From: Oligoflexales bacterium | GTDB taxonomy: Bacteria; Bdellovibrionota_B; Oligoflexia; Oligoflexales; RGVZ01 | Reading direction: 5' to 3' | Assembly: GCA_947494335.1 (NCBI GenBank) | Contig: CANLUT010000003.1 | Location: forward strand, 135,381 to 199,380 | DNA length: 64,000 nt | Shown here: piece by piece, positions 55,547-64,000 of the stretch | How positions within the stretch are numbered: position 1 is the stretch's first letter | Layout: each line of letters begins with the position of its first letter | The notes under the pieces: generated by a model | Databases searched by the model: none | The model's input: the letters and a program-made list of their open reading frames with translations, nothing else | Told to the model about the DNA's origin: nothing | Translations under genes and position numbers: made by a program

Positions 55547-56644
55547 ATGAAGTATTTTGAATGCGTGCGTGCCGTTGCGGCATGGTCCACTGGATGTGTG
55601 ATGTTTTTCAGTGCCTTTGCAGGGGACAGTCGGGCCTGCACGACCTTCAAGTTTTCGACCGAGGGACGTTCTTTTGTTGCAAAAAACTATGATTGGGACA
55701 AAGAGCAGGGGATGATTTACGTCAATAAACGTGGGGTTTCCAAACAATCTCTAAAAGTTTTTGCCAATGATCAGATCCTTGAGTGGACATCAAAATTTGG
55801 AAGTCTAACTTTCAATCAATATGGACGCGAGTTGCCCAATGCGGGAATGAACGAGGCAGGTCTCGTGGTTGAAGTGATGGAGCTTGGAACATCACGATTT
55901 GAAACAGCCGGTGCCAAGTCATCAGTTAACGAAAGTCAGTGGGTTCAATTCATGTTGGATAATGCCGCATCCGTTGAGGATGTGAAAGCTTTGTCCAAAA
56001 ATATCAGGATTTCGAAGATCCTTGTGCCATTACACTATATGGTTTGTGACAGCGACGGGAGCTGCGCTGCTTTTGAAAGTTTAAACGGCCGGCTTCTAAT
56101 AACAGACCAGATTCAACCTGGCACCGCAGTTCTGACAAATCACACATATGCCGAGTCTATGACATACCTTCGACAGTTTTCAGGTTTTGGTGGCTCAAGA
56201 AATCCTCCGGATGGAGATGGGTCTCTTGAACGATTTGCTCGTGCCGCTACGTTTGTAAAAAATTCGCAGTTGGCCCTAGTCTCATCTTTTGATGTTGGAG
56301 ACGGTTTTGAAGGCTTGAGTGCGGTTCAAACGGCAATCACCCAATGGAGTATCGTTTATGATTTGGGACGCCGTCAGATCGCTTTCAAATCTCGTTCGTC
56401 AAGGGCATTAAAAAGCGTGCAATTGAATAATTTCGACCTTGGTTGTTCCAGTCCTGTGATGGGCTTTCCGATCATTTCGCGGGACTCAGGCGACGTTTCA
56501 ACAATGTTTAGGCCCTACAGTGATCAGCTGAATCGGCAGTTGGTTGAGAAATCGCTCGCGGGCGATGTGCCTCGTCAGCTCATCGAGGCCGCGGCGAATC
56601 TTCCTGGTTCCACTCAGTGTGTTTCGTCGATGGATGCTAATTAA
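55547..56644 (+). CDS. Secreted Ntn hydrolase, choloylglycine hydrolase / linear amide C-N hydrolase family
   Basis: Signal peptide ending 'AFAGDSRA|CTTFKF', placing a Cys at the mature N-terminus as in this family. 'AKNYDWD' follows. ATG 55547 is preferred over 55445. Confidence 0.65.
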   Translation: MKYFECVRAVAAWSTGCVMFFSAFAGDSRACTTFKFSTEGRSFVAKNYDWDKEQGMIYVNKRGVSKQSLKVFANDQILEWTSKFGSLTFNQYGRELPNAGMNEAGLVVEVMELGTSRFETAGAKSSVNESQWVQFMLDNAASVEDVKALSKNIRISKILVPLHYMVCDSDGSCAAFESLNGRLLITDQIQPGTAVLTNHTYAESMTYLRQFSGFGGSRNPPDGDGSLERFARAATFVKNSQLALVSSFDVGDGFEGLSAVQTAITQWSIVYDLGRRQIAFKSRSSRALKSVQLNNFDLGCSSPVMGFPIISRDSGDVSTMFRPYSDQLNRQLVEKSLAGDVPRQLIEAAANLPGSTQCVSSMDAN

Positions 56645-57947
56645 ATAGGTCGATGATTGCTTTTACACTTCGGTTTATTGATTGCTCGGCTTGGTCGCTG
56701 GCGGGCTGGATGACCCCCGAAATTCCGTCAGAGACCCGATCACCGATAATTGATTTTTGAATAGCTTCGAGAGGATTGAAAGGTCGTACATTGCGTTTTG
56801 TGTCGATCGTTTTCCATCCAAATGTGTAGGTTTTTACCATGATTGGAAGCTCTGACGAGCTGGCATCGACGGTAAGTGTTTTTAAGTCAATTCCTAACGA
56901 CGAAATCATCATTTTAAATTGATTCAGGCTCAGCGCAGATGCGAACGCCTTTTTGTACCAGCTACCTGTCATAACGGCGTTGATTGTGGGGATCGTTTCG
57001 AGTTTTGGTATGCATGAGTCTCCCGTGCATACCACACTTTTCATGGTTGATGGGTCAAGCGGTCCAAAACTGACCTGAATAATGGCAGGTTGGGAGCTTC
57101 CTCCCAATGAGCTATAAGTGCGCTGTGTGGATAACTGCAGGATGTCTGCGTTTTCTTTCTTTGGCTGATAAATTACAGATTCAATTGAAATTTCGTCCAT
57201 GGTTTCTTTTGGAATTGAAAAGCCAACAGGAATCATGCTGACCTGGAAATTTGTTTTGATTGTCTTCGTTCGGTCGATGGTGATTTGAGCCTTGAAATAT
57301 AATGGTAGCCATGCACCTTGATTCAAGTCTCTAAGTTGGCTGTAGGCGGATTTTGACTCGGCCGCCAGCGAATCTATTCCTCCTAGAATTTCCGTTTCGC
57401 GAGCAGTCTCTAGGCCCATCAGTTGCGAGCCTAGTTGAATGGCAAACGGATTGATGGCATTTGAGTCTTTATTGGGTGAAGGACTCAGGATCTTAAAAAG
57501 CATTCCCACGATACTGCTGTTGATTGGAAGGACTTTCGATCCAAAGGTTCGAGTTGTCCAATAAAACTGAATGGCGTTGTCTGCGTTGTCCGTAGTTGGT
57601 GCCTTCAAGAGGTGGTGAATGCTACGAATGCGGTTTGCCATCATCAAATCCATATTTAATAGCATTTTTCGAAGCGAGCTAATTGGTCCTGGAGTTGCGG
57701 ACCCAGAATACCCAAATGATTTGTCAGTTCCGTAGAATTGCTGGCCCAAGGTTTTTAACGAGCTTTCCCGTATGGCAGATGAGAAATTTTCAACAAGGAT
57801 TTTTCGAGTTTCCGGGTCTAGGTATCCTGATTTTGATGTAATCAATACAGGGTGCAAATTTTTCGTTGACTGTGCAATGGCAACGCGAGGAAGCCACAAC
57901 CCGAGGATCGTACTGGCAATTATAAAATTTAGCCGCTTTCTATTCAT
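56637..57947 (-). CDS. Hypothetical secreted protein (436 aa)
   Basis: Signal 'LNFIIASTILGLWLPRVAIA|QS'. No recognisable family. The start overlaps the upstream gene's stop codon by 4 nt. Confidence 0.5.
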   Translation of the reverse strand: MNRKRLNFIIASTILGLWLPRVAIAQSTKNLHPVLITSKSGYLDPETRKILVENFSSAIRESSLKTLGQQFYGTDKSFGYSGSATPGPISSLRKMLLNMDLMMANRIRSIHHLLKAPTTDNADNAIQFYWTTRTFGSKVLPINSSIVGMLFKILSPSPNKDSNAINPFAIQLGSQLMGLETARETEILGGIDSLAAESKSAYSQLRDLNQGAWLPLYFKAQITIDRTKTIKTNFQVSMIPVGFSIPKETMDEISIESVIYQPKKENADILQLSTQRTYSSLGGSSQPAIIQVSFGPLDPSTMKSVVCTGDSCIPKLETIPTINAVMTGSWYKKAFASALSLNQFKMMISSLGIDLKTLTVDASSSELPIMVKTYTFGWKTIDTKRNVRPFNPLEAIQKSIIGDRVSDGISGVIQPASDQAEQSINRSVKAIIDLFN

Positions 57948-59416
57948 TGAATCCCCATGCGAGTTGAAGCGGAATCTAAAATAGCATCTACTATGGCCGT
58001 GCGAGGTAGGTTTGCTGCTGGTGCGGATTCAAGCGCATCTAATCTTCTAGAGAATCCCAAGGCCATGTGATCTAGCGCTAAAACGCCGAGAAGGCTTGCC
58101 TTTGCTCCCTTGGGTACAACATCAACGGGCAGAACAGAGTGTTCCAATGCAACACAGGAGTCACTGATCGGGTGGCGCCGGAAATTTATGATCGAAGTGA
58201 GCTGACCCATATGAGTTAGATCCTGGGTCCCAGATTGGATCACAATATTTCCATCACTATCGGTGCTGAGTAAAGGGAACGCCTCTAGCTTTGCAACATC
58301 GAGAGCCGCCGCAACGTGAAAAATCGGAAAATCTCTGGTGCCTGTCATCGGATCAGGCTCGCTTCGGGAAAGATCCCAGCTTTTGACCTTTTCGAATAGA
58401 AAATTTTTTCTTTGACTTGGTAGAAGTGAGCGAATCCCAGCTCTCACTGTTTCAAACTCTGGTCCCGTGTACATAGGTAATATTTTTTGAGCTACGGAGG
58501 CGCTATTTCCTAAAGACGCGCCAGCACCGAATGAGAGCATCGTTCCCAGGAGACCTCGGTTAAACTCGGTCATCTCGCTTCGATTTTTCGCTAAAGACTC
58601 CACCAGAGGGTGAATCATGACCATCGGTAGCCCGCCACCAAATGGCGATCCTACGGTAATGAGCGCAAGAGTGCGTTCTCTGATATCGGGAAAGCTCGCC
58701 AGCGCCTGCAGCATGCTGGTACCCCCTTTGGAGTAGCCCCAGAATAAGTAGCGATGCTCCTTGGTTTTGGTGGCTTCAAGTTCCATAAACTTCGTGTGGA
58801 TTTTCGGAGCGCACTCATCGTCGGTTGCAAAGGAGTTAGGCTGACATTCGTGCCGAAGTATACGTAAGTCACCCCTTTTTATGTCTTCGGCAAACGCTTT
58901 GCTCCACAGATCTCTGCTGTCATATAACGCTCCAGATTCGGTCAAATGACTACCGAAACCGCCAGCCATTATAAAGGTCAGACCAAGGTTCTTTTGTCTG
59001 GCAGCAGATAGCAGTTTTCGCATCCCGGTTAATTCTGATTCCGCAGATTTTTTTGACTGAGGAGCGCACTGAGCTATACGACTCCCCGGATTAAACAGTT
59101 GCTCCAGTAAAAATTCGTATGGATAGGGAGATTGATAGGTCCCAGTAACTGTTTTTTTCAATGATCCTGACGCTGGTAAAATAACAAGCTCAGCTGCTGC
59201 TTTGCAATCAATTCTTGAAGACAGTGCTTTCAGAAGCAAATTGTCGGTTTCGTACTGAAAATCTCTCAAAGAAATAACGTCCTGCTCGTCACCAGCAAGG
59301 CTTGACCCTGCGGTCCGCCGCTTGGCAGCAGTCTTACAATTTGAGAGAACAACCGCAAAAAAAAGTGCTGCCAAAATGACTCTGGAGCGAAAGCGTATGA
59401 AGGATAATGGTGTCAT
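57944..59416 (-). CDS. Hypothetical secreted protein or lipoprotein, alpha/beta-hydrolase (lipase)-like
   Basis: Signal 'VILAALFFAVVLSNC' (atypical lipobox). Nucleophile-elbow-like 'LFWGYSKGGTSML', preceded by 'FIMAGGFGSH' (oxyanion-like). Confidence 0.5.
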   Translation of the reverse strand: MTPLSFIRFRSRVILAALFFAVVLSNCKTAAKRRTAGSSLAGDEQDVISLRDFQYETDNLLLKALSSRIDCKAAAELVILPASGSLKKTVTGTYQSPYPYEFLLEQLFNPGSRIAQCAPQSKKSAESELTGMRKLLSAARQKNLGLTFIMAGGFGSHLTESGALYDSRDLWSKAFAEDIKRGDLRILRHECQPNSFATDDECAPKIHTKFMELEATKTKEHRYLFWGYSKGGTSMLQALASFPDIRERTLALITVGSPFGGGLPMVMIHPLVESLAKNRSEMTEFNRGLLGTMLSFGAGASLGNSASVAQKILPMYTGPEFETVRAGIRSLLPSQRKNFLFEKVKSWDLSRSEPDPMTGTRDFPIFHVAAALDVAKLEAFPLLSTDSDGNIVIQSGTQDLTHMGQLTSIINFRRHPISDSCVALEHSVLPVDVVPKGAKASLLGVLALDHMALGFSRRLDALESAPAANLPRTAIVDAILDSASTRMGIQ

Positions 59417-59708
59417 GGTGACGCTCTTGTTGCTGCAAAAAAGTACCCCACCGCAGTCTCTATTGACAAAAAATAACCGTGGAGCTGTCTGATCGCCTTA
59501 ATTTTATCATATCCGGTAAGGGTGGCGTGGAGTCTGATGGAGGATAAAAGATGCCTAACAGCTGTTCGTTTGGGACTAAGTCCAAGGTCATTATTTTTTT
59601 AACTCACCAAAATTGCAGAATATTTTAAGTTTTTTCTTAAGTTTGCCATCGTTGCTCCGACACCCCTCTTGTAGGCGGTGACGGGGAATCACTATTAGGG
59701 GTTTATCG

Positions 59709-60110
59709 ATGTCAGAAGGTCGGCGCGAAAATAGAAAAATGGTTAGGTTGATCCTTGATCATCCGCTCAAGGTGTCAATTGGCTCCCTAGGCGCTGAGGT
59801 CCGCTATGATCTTAAAACTCGCAACGTGTCATATACTGGTTTTTTTCTTGATTTTGAAAAGCCAGGACGATTTCCTTTCACTCCAGCCTCGATCATGGAG
59901 ATCTGGATTGATCTCGAACCAAATAACCGTATTTTCTTTAACGGAAAAATGGTGCGAAAAGTTATGCCTGGCGATCCTGGTTCCGAGATTACAGGCCCAG
60001 GTATTGCTGTTCGAATTATTCAGATGGATTCTAAAACCGAGCATCAGCTCAAAGAATTCATCGACCGGAAAATTTCTGAAAAAAACTCCAATGCGATCAA
60101 GTCAGCATAA
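59709..60110 (+). CDS. PilZ-domain (c-di-GMP-binding) protein
   Basis: N-terminal 'RRENR' (RxxxR) and 'NVSYTG' ((D/N)xSxxG) about 30 residues later. Size is 133 aa. Confidence 0.75.
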   Translation: MSEGRRENRKMVRLILDHPLKVSIGSLGAEVRYDLKTRNVSYTGFFLDFEKPGRFPFTPASIMEIWIDLEPNNRIFFNGKMVRKVMPGDPGSEITGPGIAVRIIQMDSKTEHQLKEFIDRKISEKNSNAIKSA

Positions 60111-60163
60111 TCGTCTTTAGGCCTGCAGGCTTGCGCTGATATGAATGCACTTTCAATGATAAA

Positions 60164-60733
60164 TTAATAGCGGGGCTCGTGTCCCGGCTTCCATTTGATA
60201 TTGCACCCAAGGCTAGGTTTTTGCTCAGATGGTAGTCTCGTATTTGTCAGCAAAGCGTCGAGCGCTAACCTAAGGTCTTTCCCCGTGACTGGAATTTGAT
60301 TGGATGGACGACTGTCGTCCAGCTGACCTCGATAGACCAAGCGATGACTTCTATCAAAAAGAAAGATGTCCGGGGTGCAAGCAGCTTTAAAGGCTTTCGC
60401 TACATCTTGCGTTTCGTCAAAAAGATAGGGGAATACATAGCCTGCTTTTACTTTCTCAATTTTCATTTTTTCAGGCGAGTCATCTGGATGGCTTATGACA
60501 TCGTTGCTGTTTATTGCGACTATTCCAATTCCTTTTGATGTGTAATCGCGACCAAGTGCAGCAAGCTGATCACGGATGTGGATCACAAAAGGACAGTGAT
60601 TACAAATGAACAATACAAGTAACGGCTTACCATGGAAATCTTGGCTGCTGACCTTGTTGCCGTCGGTATCGGGAAGGCAAAAGCTGGGTGCCGAGGTACC
60701 TAATTCGAGCATATATGATGGAGTGCGTGCCAT
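60164..60733 (-). CDS. Thioredoxin-fold protein (TlpA/AhpC-TSA-like, CxxC)
   Basis: 'GKPLLVLFICNHCPFV' active-site region. ATG 60733 (MARTPSYML...) has a GGGAGA Shine-Dalgarno. The ORF track starts at TTG 60793. Confidence 0.75.
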   Translation of the reverse strand: MARTPSYMLELGTSAPSFCLPDTDGNKVSSQDFHGKPLLVLFICNHCPFVIHIRDQLAALGRDYTSKGIGIVAINSNDVISHPDDSPEKMKIEKVKAGYVFPYLFDETQDVAKAFKAACTPDIFLFDRSHRLVYRGQLDDSRPSNQIPVTGKDLRLALDALLTNTRLPSEQKPSLGCNIKWKPGHEPRY

Positions 60734-60789
60734 TGTTGGTTCTCCCGCGCGAGGTTCGACTCCGGTTGTGTCACAAAGATACGGGTAGG

Positions 60790-61575
60790 TCAATCCGGGA
60801 TCACGATTTCCATGCCATCATAAGCGAGCTCTACACCGGCAGGTAGCTTGGCCGTTTCAACGTCGTAATCAATCTCGTGATTCATGTGGGTTATAATTCC
60901 TCGTTCAACGTCGAGCTTACGGAACAGATCAATGGTTTCGCCAATTGTCGAGTGGGTTTTGTGATCTCGCCATCTGAGACCGCTGGCGACCATCGTGTGA
61001 ACTTTACCGCGCCATGCTCTAATGATGTTGTCACCGAGAGTCTTAAAGTCTGTTGCATAAGCAAAGCGTCCAAAACGAAATACATTCGTAAAGGTGTTGC
61101 CATGGGGCGCGAGAAACGTCTCGACCTCAAGGCCAGCAATTTGGGTCACGCCTTGGTTCGCGGGGAGTGGGCATAGTTTCAAGTTTGGTCGTCCACCCAG
61201 ATACCCAGTGTCTTCAAAAGCGTAGTGGAATCTTAGTTTTAATTCCTGGATGAGATCGGGGTGTAGCCAACACTCTATTTGTTTTTGACTGTTGAAATAA
61301 AGTCCACGTAGATCATCAAAGCCATGGCAGTGATCAGCATGAAGGTGACTGTATATAACATGTTGAAGTGATGAGATGCCTGCTCTCAAGGCCTGGAGTC
61401 GAAACTCCGGTCCTGTGTCGATCACAATTGGTACTTGATTAGGACCCCATACTGCGATTGACGCGCGCCATCTTTGATTGCGCGGATTGGTACTTTGACA
61501 AACAGCACAAGAACACCCCAATACAGGAACGCCTGTAGAGGTGCCGCAACCCATAATCTTGACTAAATACGTCAT
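60790..61575 (-). CDS. MBL-fold metallo-hydrolase, PhnP-like
   Basis: 'IMGCGTSTGVPVLGCSCAVCQS' (Cys-rich N-terminus as in the PhnP family) and 'SHLHADHCHGFDDL' (HxHxDH). Confidence 0.8.
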   Translation of the reverse strand: MTYLVKIMGCGTSTGVPVLGCSCAVCQSTNPRNQRWRASIAVWGPNQVPIVIDTGPEFRLQALRAGISSLQHVIYSHLHADHCHGFDDLRGLYFNSQKQIECWLHPDLIQELKLRFHYAFEDTGYLGGRPNLKLCPLPANQGVTQIAGLEVETFLAPHGNTFTNVFRFGRFAYATDFKTLGDNIIRAWRGKVHTMVASGLRWRDHKTHSTIGETIDLFRKLDVERGIITHMNHEIDYDVETAKLPAGVELAYDGMEIVIPD

Positions 61576-61584
61576 AGTTTGATT

Positions 61585-63099
61585 TTAAGATCGTATGAGA
61601 CTTCTCAGAAGGCGGGCACGATCACCCTCTTTTGAGGTAAAATCTCGCATTTTATCCAGTCTTGTTACGTGATCGATTTTTCTAAGTGGGTACTCGTGCC
61701 AAAAATTAGCCTCTTCCTCTTGGGATACCGAGAAGGCGACGTGGTCGATACCTGTATCCTGATCCGGCAACCTTTCTAGAAGACCCTCACGGAACATGAC
61801 CTGTAGACATTGGGACACGTCTTCATCTGGATAAGGGGTGGCCATCTTGATGTGAGCACTCAATGTTTCCAGCGATACAGCGGACTTGCTTCCAAACACA
61901 TCCTTTACACCCTGGAAACAAGCACGCATCAATAATGCATCTGGATAGCTTTTATCAATGGAGAAACGATGGTGAAAGTAGTCTTTTTCTCCGCAGATTA
62001 CGACAGTGCGAATAAAGCCAGAATCTTCAACTCCAAAAATTTCACGAGCCAAGGTTTCGGTGCTGTCCGTCATGCCGTTAAAAATCACAAATTCAACGTA
62101 TCGAGTGTTTTCAATTTCACTCAGAAATGGCCCAATTGATATAACAATGCGAACGTCTCCCGTTTCAAACTGCTGCCGGGCTTTGTTGGCTGAAAAATCA
62201 TCTGTTCCAGGTCGGATAATGGCGAATTCTTCGCCTTTTTTTTCCAATAATTCGGCAGTATCGTAAAGCTGTTTGATGGAATTGCAATAAATCACGCCTT
62301 GGCCAGGTGAGCGGTTAAGCTCTAAATCGAGAATATTCAGCCGATCTAAGTCGTTTGTTGCCGGGATACACTCCACTCCAAATCCTGGGACGGTCTCAGG
62401 AGAGAGTCGTCCTTGGAATGGTTCGTTTAGACATAATAGTTTAGTGAGGTCGTGTGTGACTCTAGCACTAGGGTTCCATACGATCGCAATTTTTTGGGGG
62501 CGCTTTATTTGGCTTTGTAAAGAGGCCAAAAAACTTCCAACAAATCTGTAGTTGGGTAAAAACTTATGTGACCAAGGGCTCATAAGCTGTGCCTGGTCAA
62601 TGATCACTATGCCAATGTCACGACGACGAAGCCGTTCACGGAATCTTTGACTCGACAGTCGACCAGGGGTAACCAGAAGAATTTGGACGTCTCCGTGATC
62701 CATCCTGTCCCAAATGATCTTTTTTTCAGCTTTGGTCGGTGCCAGGTCAAAAGACTCCGAGTTTATATTCAGAGCACAGAAACGCGCCTTCATCCGTCGA
62801 ATACTTTGAATGGAGTGCGTGACCACAAGGACCAGGCCGCAGCCGGCGGCAGCTGGTAAAGCTGCACAGGTGATCGAGGCCAGACGATCAGGCCCGCTGA
62901 CAATAATGTCTCGGCCCTTACCAAGATGTTCAATAACTTCAAGGTTTTCAGAGGATACGTAGGTAAGTCCAGGTATGCTGGTGGACGCATCCACAAGTCG
63001 ACCGAGGATATCCTGCCCTCGAGAGGAGCTATCCAAACTTTCGGCACTGTAGCTGGCATCGCCAGGAGAACAGCTTGCTGCGTTAAGGTCCATGCTCAT
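61585..63099 (-). CDS. RecQ-like protein with degenerate helicase motifs (probable pseudo-helicase)
   Basis: 'IIDQAQLMSPWSHKFLPNY' corresponds to RecQ 'VDEAHCISQWGHDFRPEY'. 'GVIYCNSIKQ' corresponds to 'GIIYCNSR'. The Walker A position reads 'SGPDRLAS', motif VI reads 'LAREIFGVEDSG', and there is no Zn-binding Cys cluster. Confidence 0.65.
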   Translation of the reverse strand: MSMDLNAASCSPGDASYSAESLDSSSRGQDILGRLVDASTSIPGLTYVSSENLEVIEHLGKGRDIIVSGPDRLASITCAALPAAAGCGLVLVVTHSIQSIRRMKARFCALNINSESFDLAPTKAEKKIIWDRMDHGDVQILLVTPGRLSSQRFRERLRRRDIGIVIIDQAQLMSPWSHKFLPNYRFVGSFLASLQSQIKRPQKIAIVWNPSARVTHDLTKLLCLNEPFQGRLSPETVPGFGVECIPATNDLDRLNILDLELNRSPGQGVIYCNSIKQLYDTAELLEKKGEEFAIIRPGTDDFSANKARQQFETGDVRIVISIGPFLSEIENTRYVEFVIFNGMTDSTETLAREIFGVEDSGFIRTVVICGEKDYFHHRFSIDKSYPDALLMRACFQGVKDVFGSKSAVSLETLSAHIKMATPYPDEDVSQCLQVMFREGLLERLPDQDTGIDHVAFSVSQEEEANFWHEYPLRKIDHVTRLDKMRDFTSKEGDRARLLRSLIRS

Positions 63100-63212
63100 A
63101 CAATGATTGTACTGTGATTTCGAAGAAAACTGGTAATTTTTTTTTATTTTTTTAGTAAATCACACAACACATCCTATTATTCTTGGGCTTTGTTTTATGG
63201 GATTGCTCTTTA

Positions 63213-64000
63213 ATGGCTTCGATTTCAAGTACAAGCGGTAAGTTGGTCATTCAAAAATATGGCGGGACCTCAGTGGGCTCGATCGACCGTATTAAGCACG
63301 TGGCTGCCCATATAGCCGACACGGTCAGGCGGGGTGAGCAGGTGGTTGCCGTAATTAGTGCCATGGGCGATCAGACCGACGACTTGCTGGCTATGGCTCA
63401 TGCAATTTCCAAGACCCCTCCTCGCAGGGAGCTGGATATGCTTTTGACCGCTGGCGAGCGTATTGCAATGGCGCTGGTCACGATTGCTCTGAATGAAATT
63501 GGACAAAAAGCTGTCTCGCTGACTGGTTCTCAAAGCGGCATTATCACAGATACAGTCCATGGGAACGCAAGGATCAGTCGGGTTGGGCCTCATCGAATTG
63601 AAGAAAATTTAAAGCTCGGAAATGTGGTTATCGTAGCTGGGTTTCAGGGCGTTAGCGCTGAATCAAAAGAAATTACAACTTTAGGTCGAGGTGGTAGTGA
63701 TCTGAGCGCCATTGCCTTGGCTGCAACATTGAAAGCTAGGACTTGTCAGCTATATAAGGATGTCGATGGCGTTTGTTCGGCGGATCCCAGAGTCGTCACG
63801 AGTCCACTGGTCCATAAAACTCTAACGTGGGACACAATGACCCAGATGGCATGGGCTGGCGCTTCGGTGTTGCATCCGCGCGGCGCCCATCTTGCACAGA
63901 AATTCAGTATTCCGATAGAGATTCGGAGTAGTTTCAATTTAAACCTACCAGGAACACTGGTTAGCGGGAGCGAAAAGATGGAGTCATATGCTGTACAGGC
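63213..64000 (+). CDS. lysC: Aspartate kinase, N-terminal part (3' end outside the window)
   Basis: The frame is open from ATG 63213 to the window end. It translates to 'MASISSTSGKLVIQKYGGTSVGSIDRIKHVA...VVAVISAMGDQTDDLL...TTLGRGGSDLSAIALA...LYKDVDGVCSADPR'. It is absent from the ORF track only because no stop codon lies in the window. Confidence 0.9.
   Translation, partial: MASISSTSGKLVIQKYGGTSVGSIDRIKHVAAHIADTVRRGEQVVAVISAMGDQTDDLLAMAHAISKTPPRRELDMLLTAGERIAMALVTIALNEIGQKAVSLTGSQSGIITDTVHGNARISRVGPHRIEENLKLGNVVIVAGFQGVSAESKEITTLGRGGSDLSAIALAATLKARTCQLYKDVDGVCSADPRVVTSPLVHKTLTWDTMTQMAWAGASVLHPRGAHLAQKFSIPIEIRSSFNLNLPGTLVSGSEKMESYAVQ

Noticed and set aside
60740-60765. A 'GAGGTTCGACTCCGG' tRNA T-arm-like string.
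   Set aside because: It lies on the strand opposite the thioredoxin-fold gene, at or just upstream of its 5' end, and inside the TTG-60793 form of that ORF. The flanks do not form T-stem or acceptor-stem pairings.
63270-63937. Minus-strand ORFs 63270-63593 and 63746-63937 at the right edge of the window.
   Set aside because: They are antisense to the unmistakable plus-strand aspartokinase frame ('KYGGTSVGS', 'TLGRGGSDLSA'). That gene is missing from the ORF track only because its stop codon lies beyond the window.
1-64000. A window-wide look for mobile elements, CRISPR arrays, rRNA/tRNA genes, toxin-antitoxin pairs and known defence-gene signatures.
   Set aside because: I recognised none. 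There are no transposase, integrase or recombinase motifs, no regularly spaced direct repeats, and no long terminal inverted repeats. This was a manual scan, so short or degenerate elements could have been missed. tRNAscan, Infernal or ISfinder-type searches would be decisive.

Overview
This is a gene-dense 64-kb stretch with about 55 protein-coding genes on both strands. Spacers are short, many neighbouring genes share 4-nt start/stop overlaps, and hairpin plus T-run terminators sit between convergent genes. It reads like core chromosome of a diderm (Gram-negative) bacterium: TatC, an RND/TolC-type efflux operon, lipobox lipoproteins, PolA, EttA, citrate synthase, HPF, Orn, RlmI, RlmM, P5C dehydrogenase, alanine dehydrogenase and aspartokinase (cut by the window end). 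The many secreted or lipoprotein hypotheticals, together with an S8 protease, a PilZ protein and a Hanks-type kinase, resemble Bdellovibrio-like or deltaproteobacterial genomes. I cannot verify that without a database search. I recognised no rRNA, tRNA, CRISPR array, transposase, integrase or phage gene, and no textbook defence system. The items most worth a second look are these. (1) A RecQ-derived protein has lost every ATPase/helicase catalytic motif and is packed tightly with a PhnP-like MBL hydrolase, with a CxxC thioredoxin-fold gene following on the same strand. (2) A hyper-acidic 114-aa protein has its own terminator and sits behind a 360-bp AT-rich leader that carries an exact repeated 10-mer. 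(3) A long-form aromatic-amino-acid hydroxylase is followed by an atypical class-III aminotransferase. (4) A protein with two C-x2-C-x12-C-x3-C modules starts 2 nt after the ettA stop codon. (5) A TetR-OMF-RND operon has no periplasmic adaptor gene. (6) A lipase-like lipoprotein overlaps an unknown secreted partner. All functional calls come from by-eye motif recognition in the supplied translations. None has been checked against a database.
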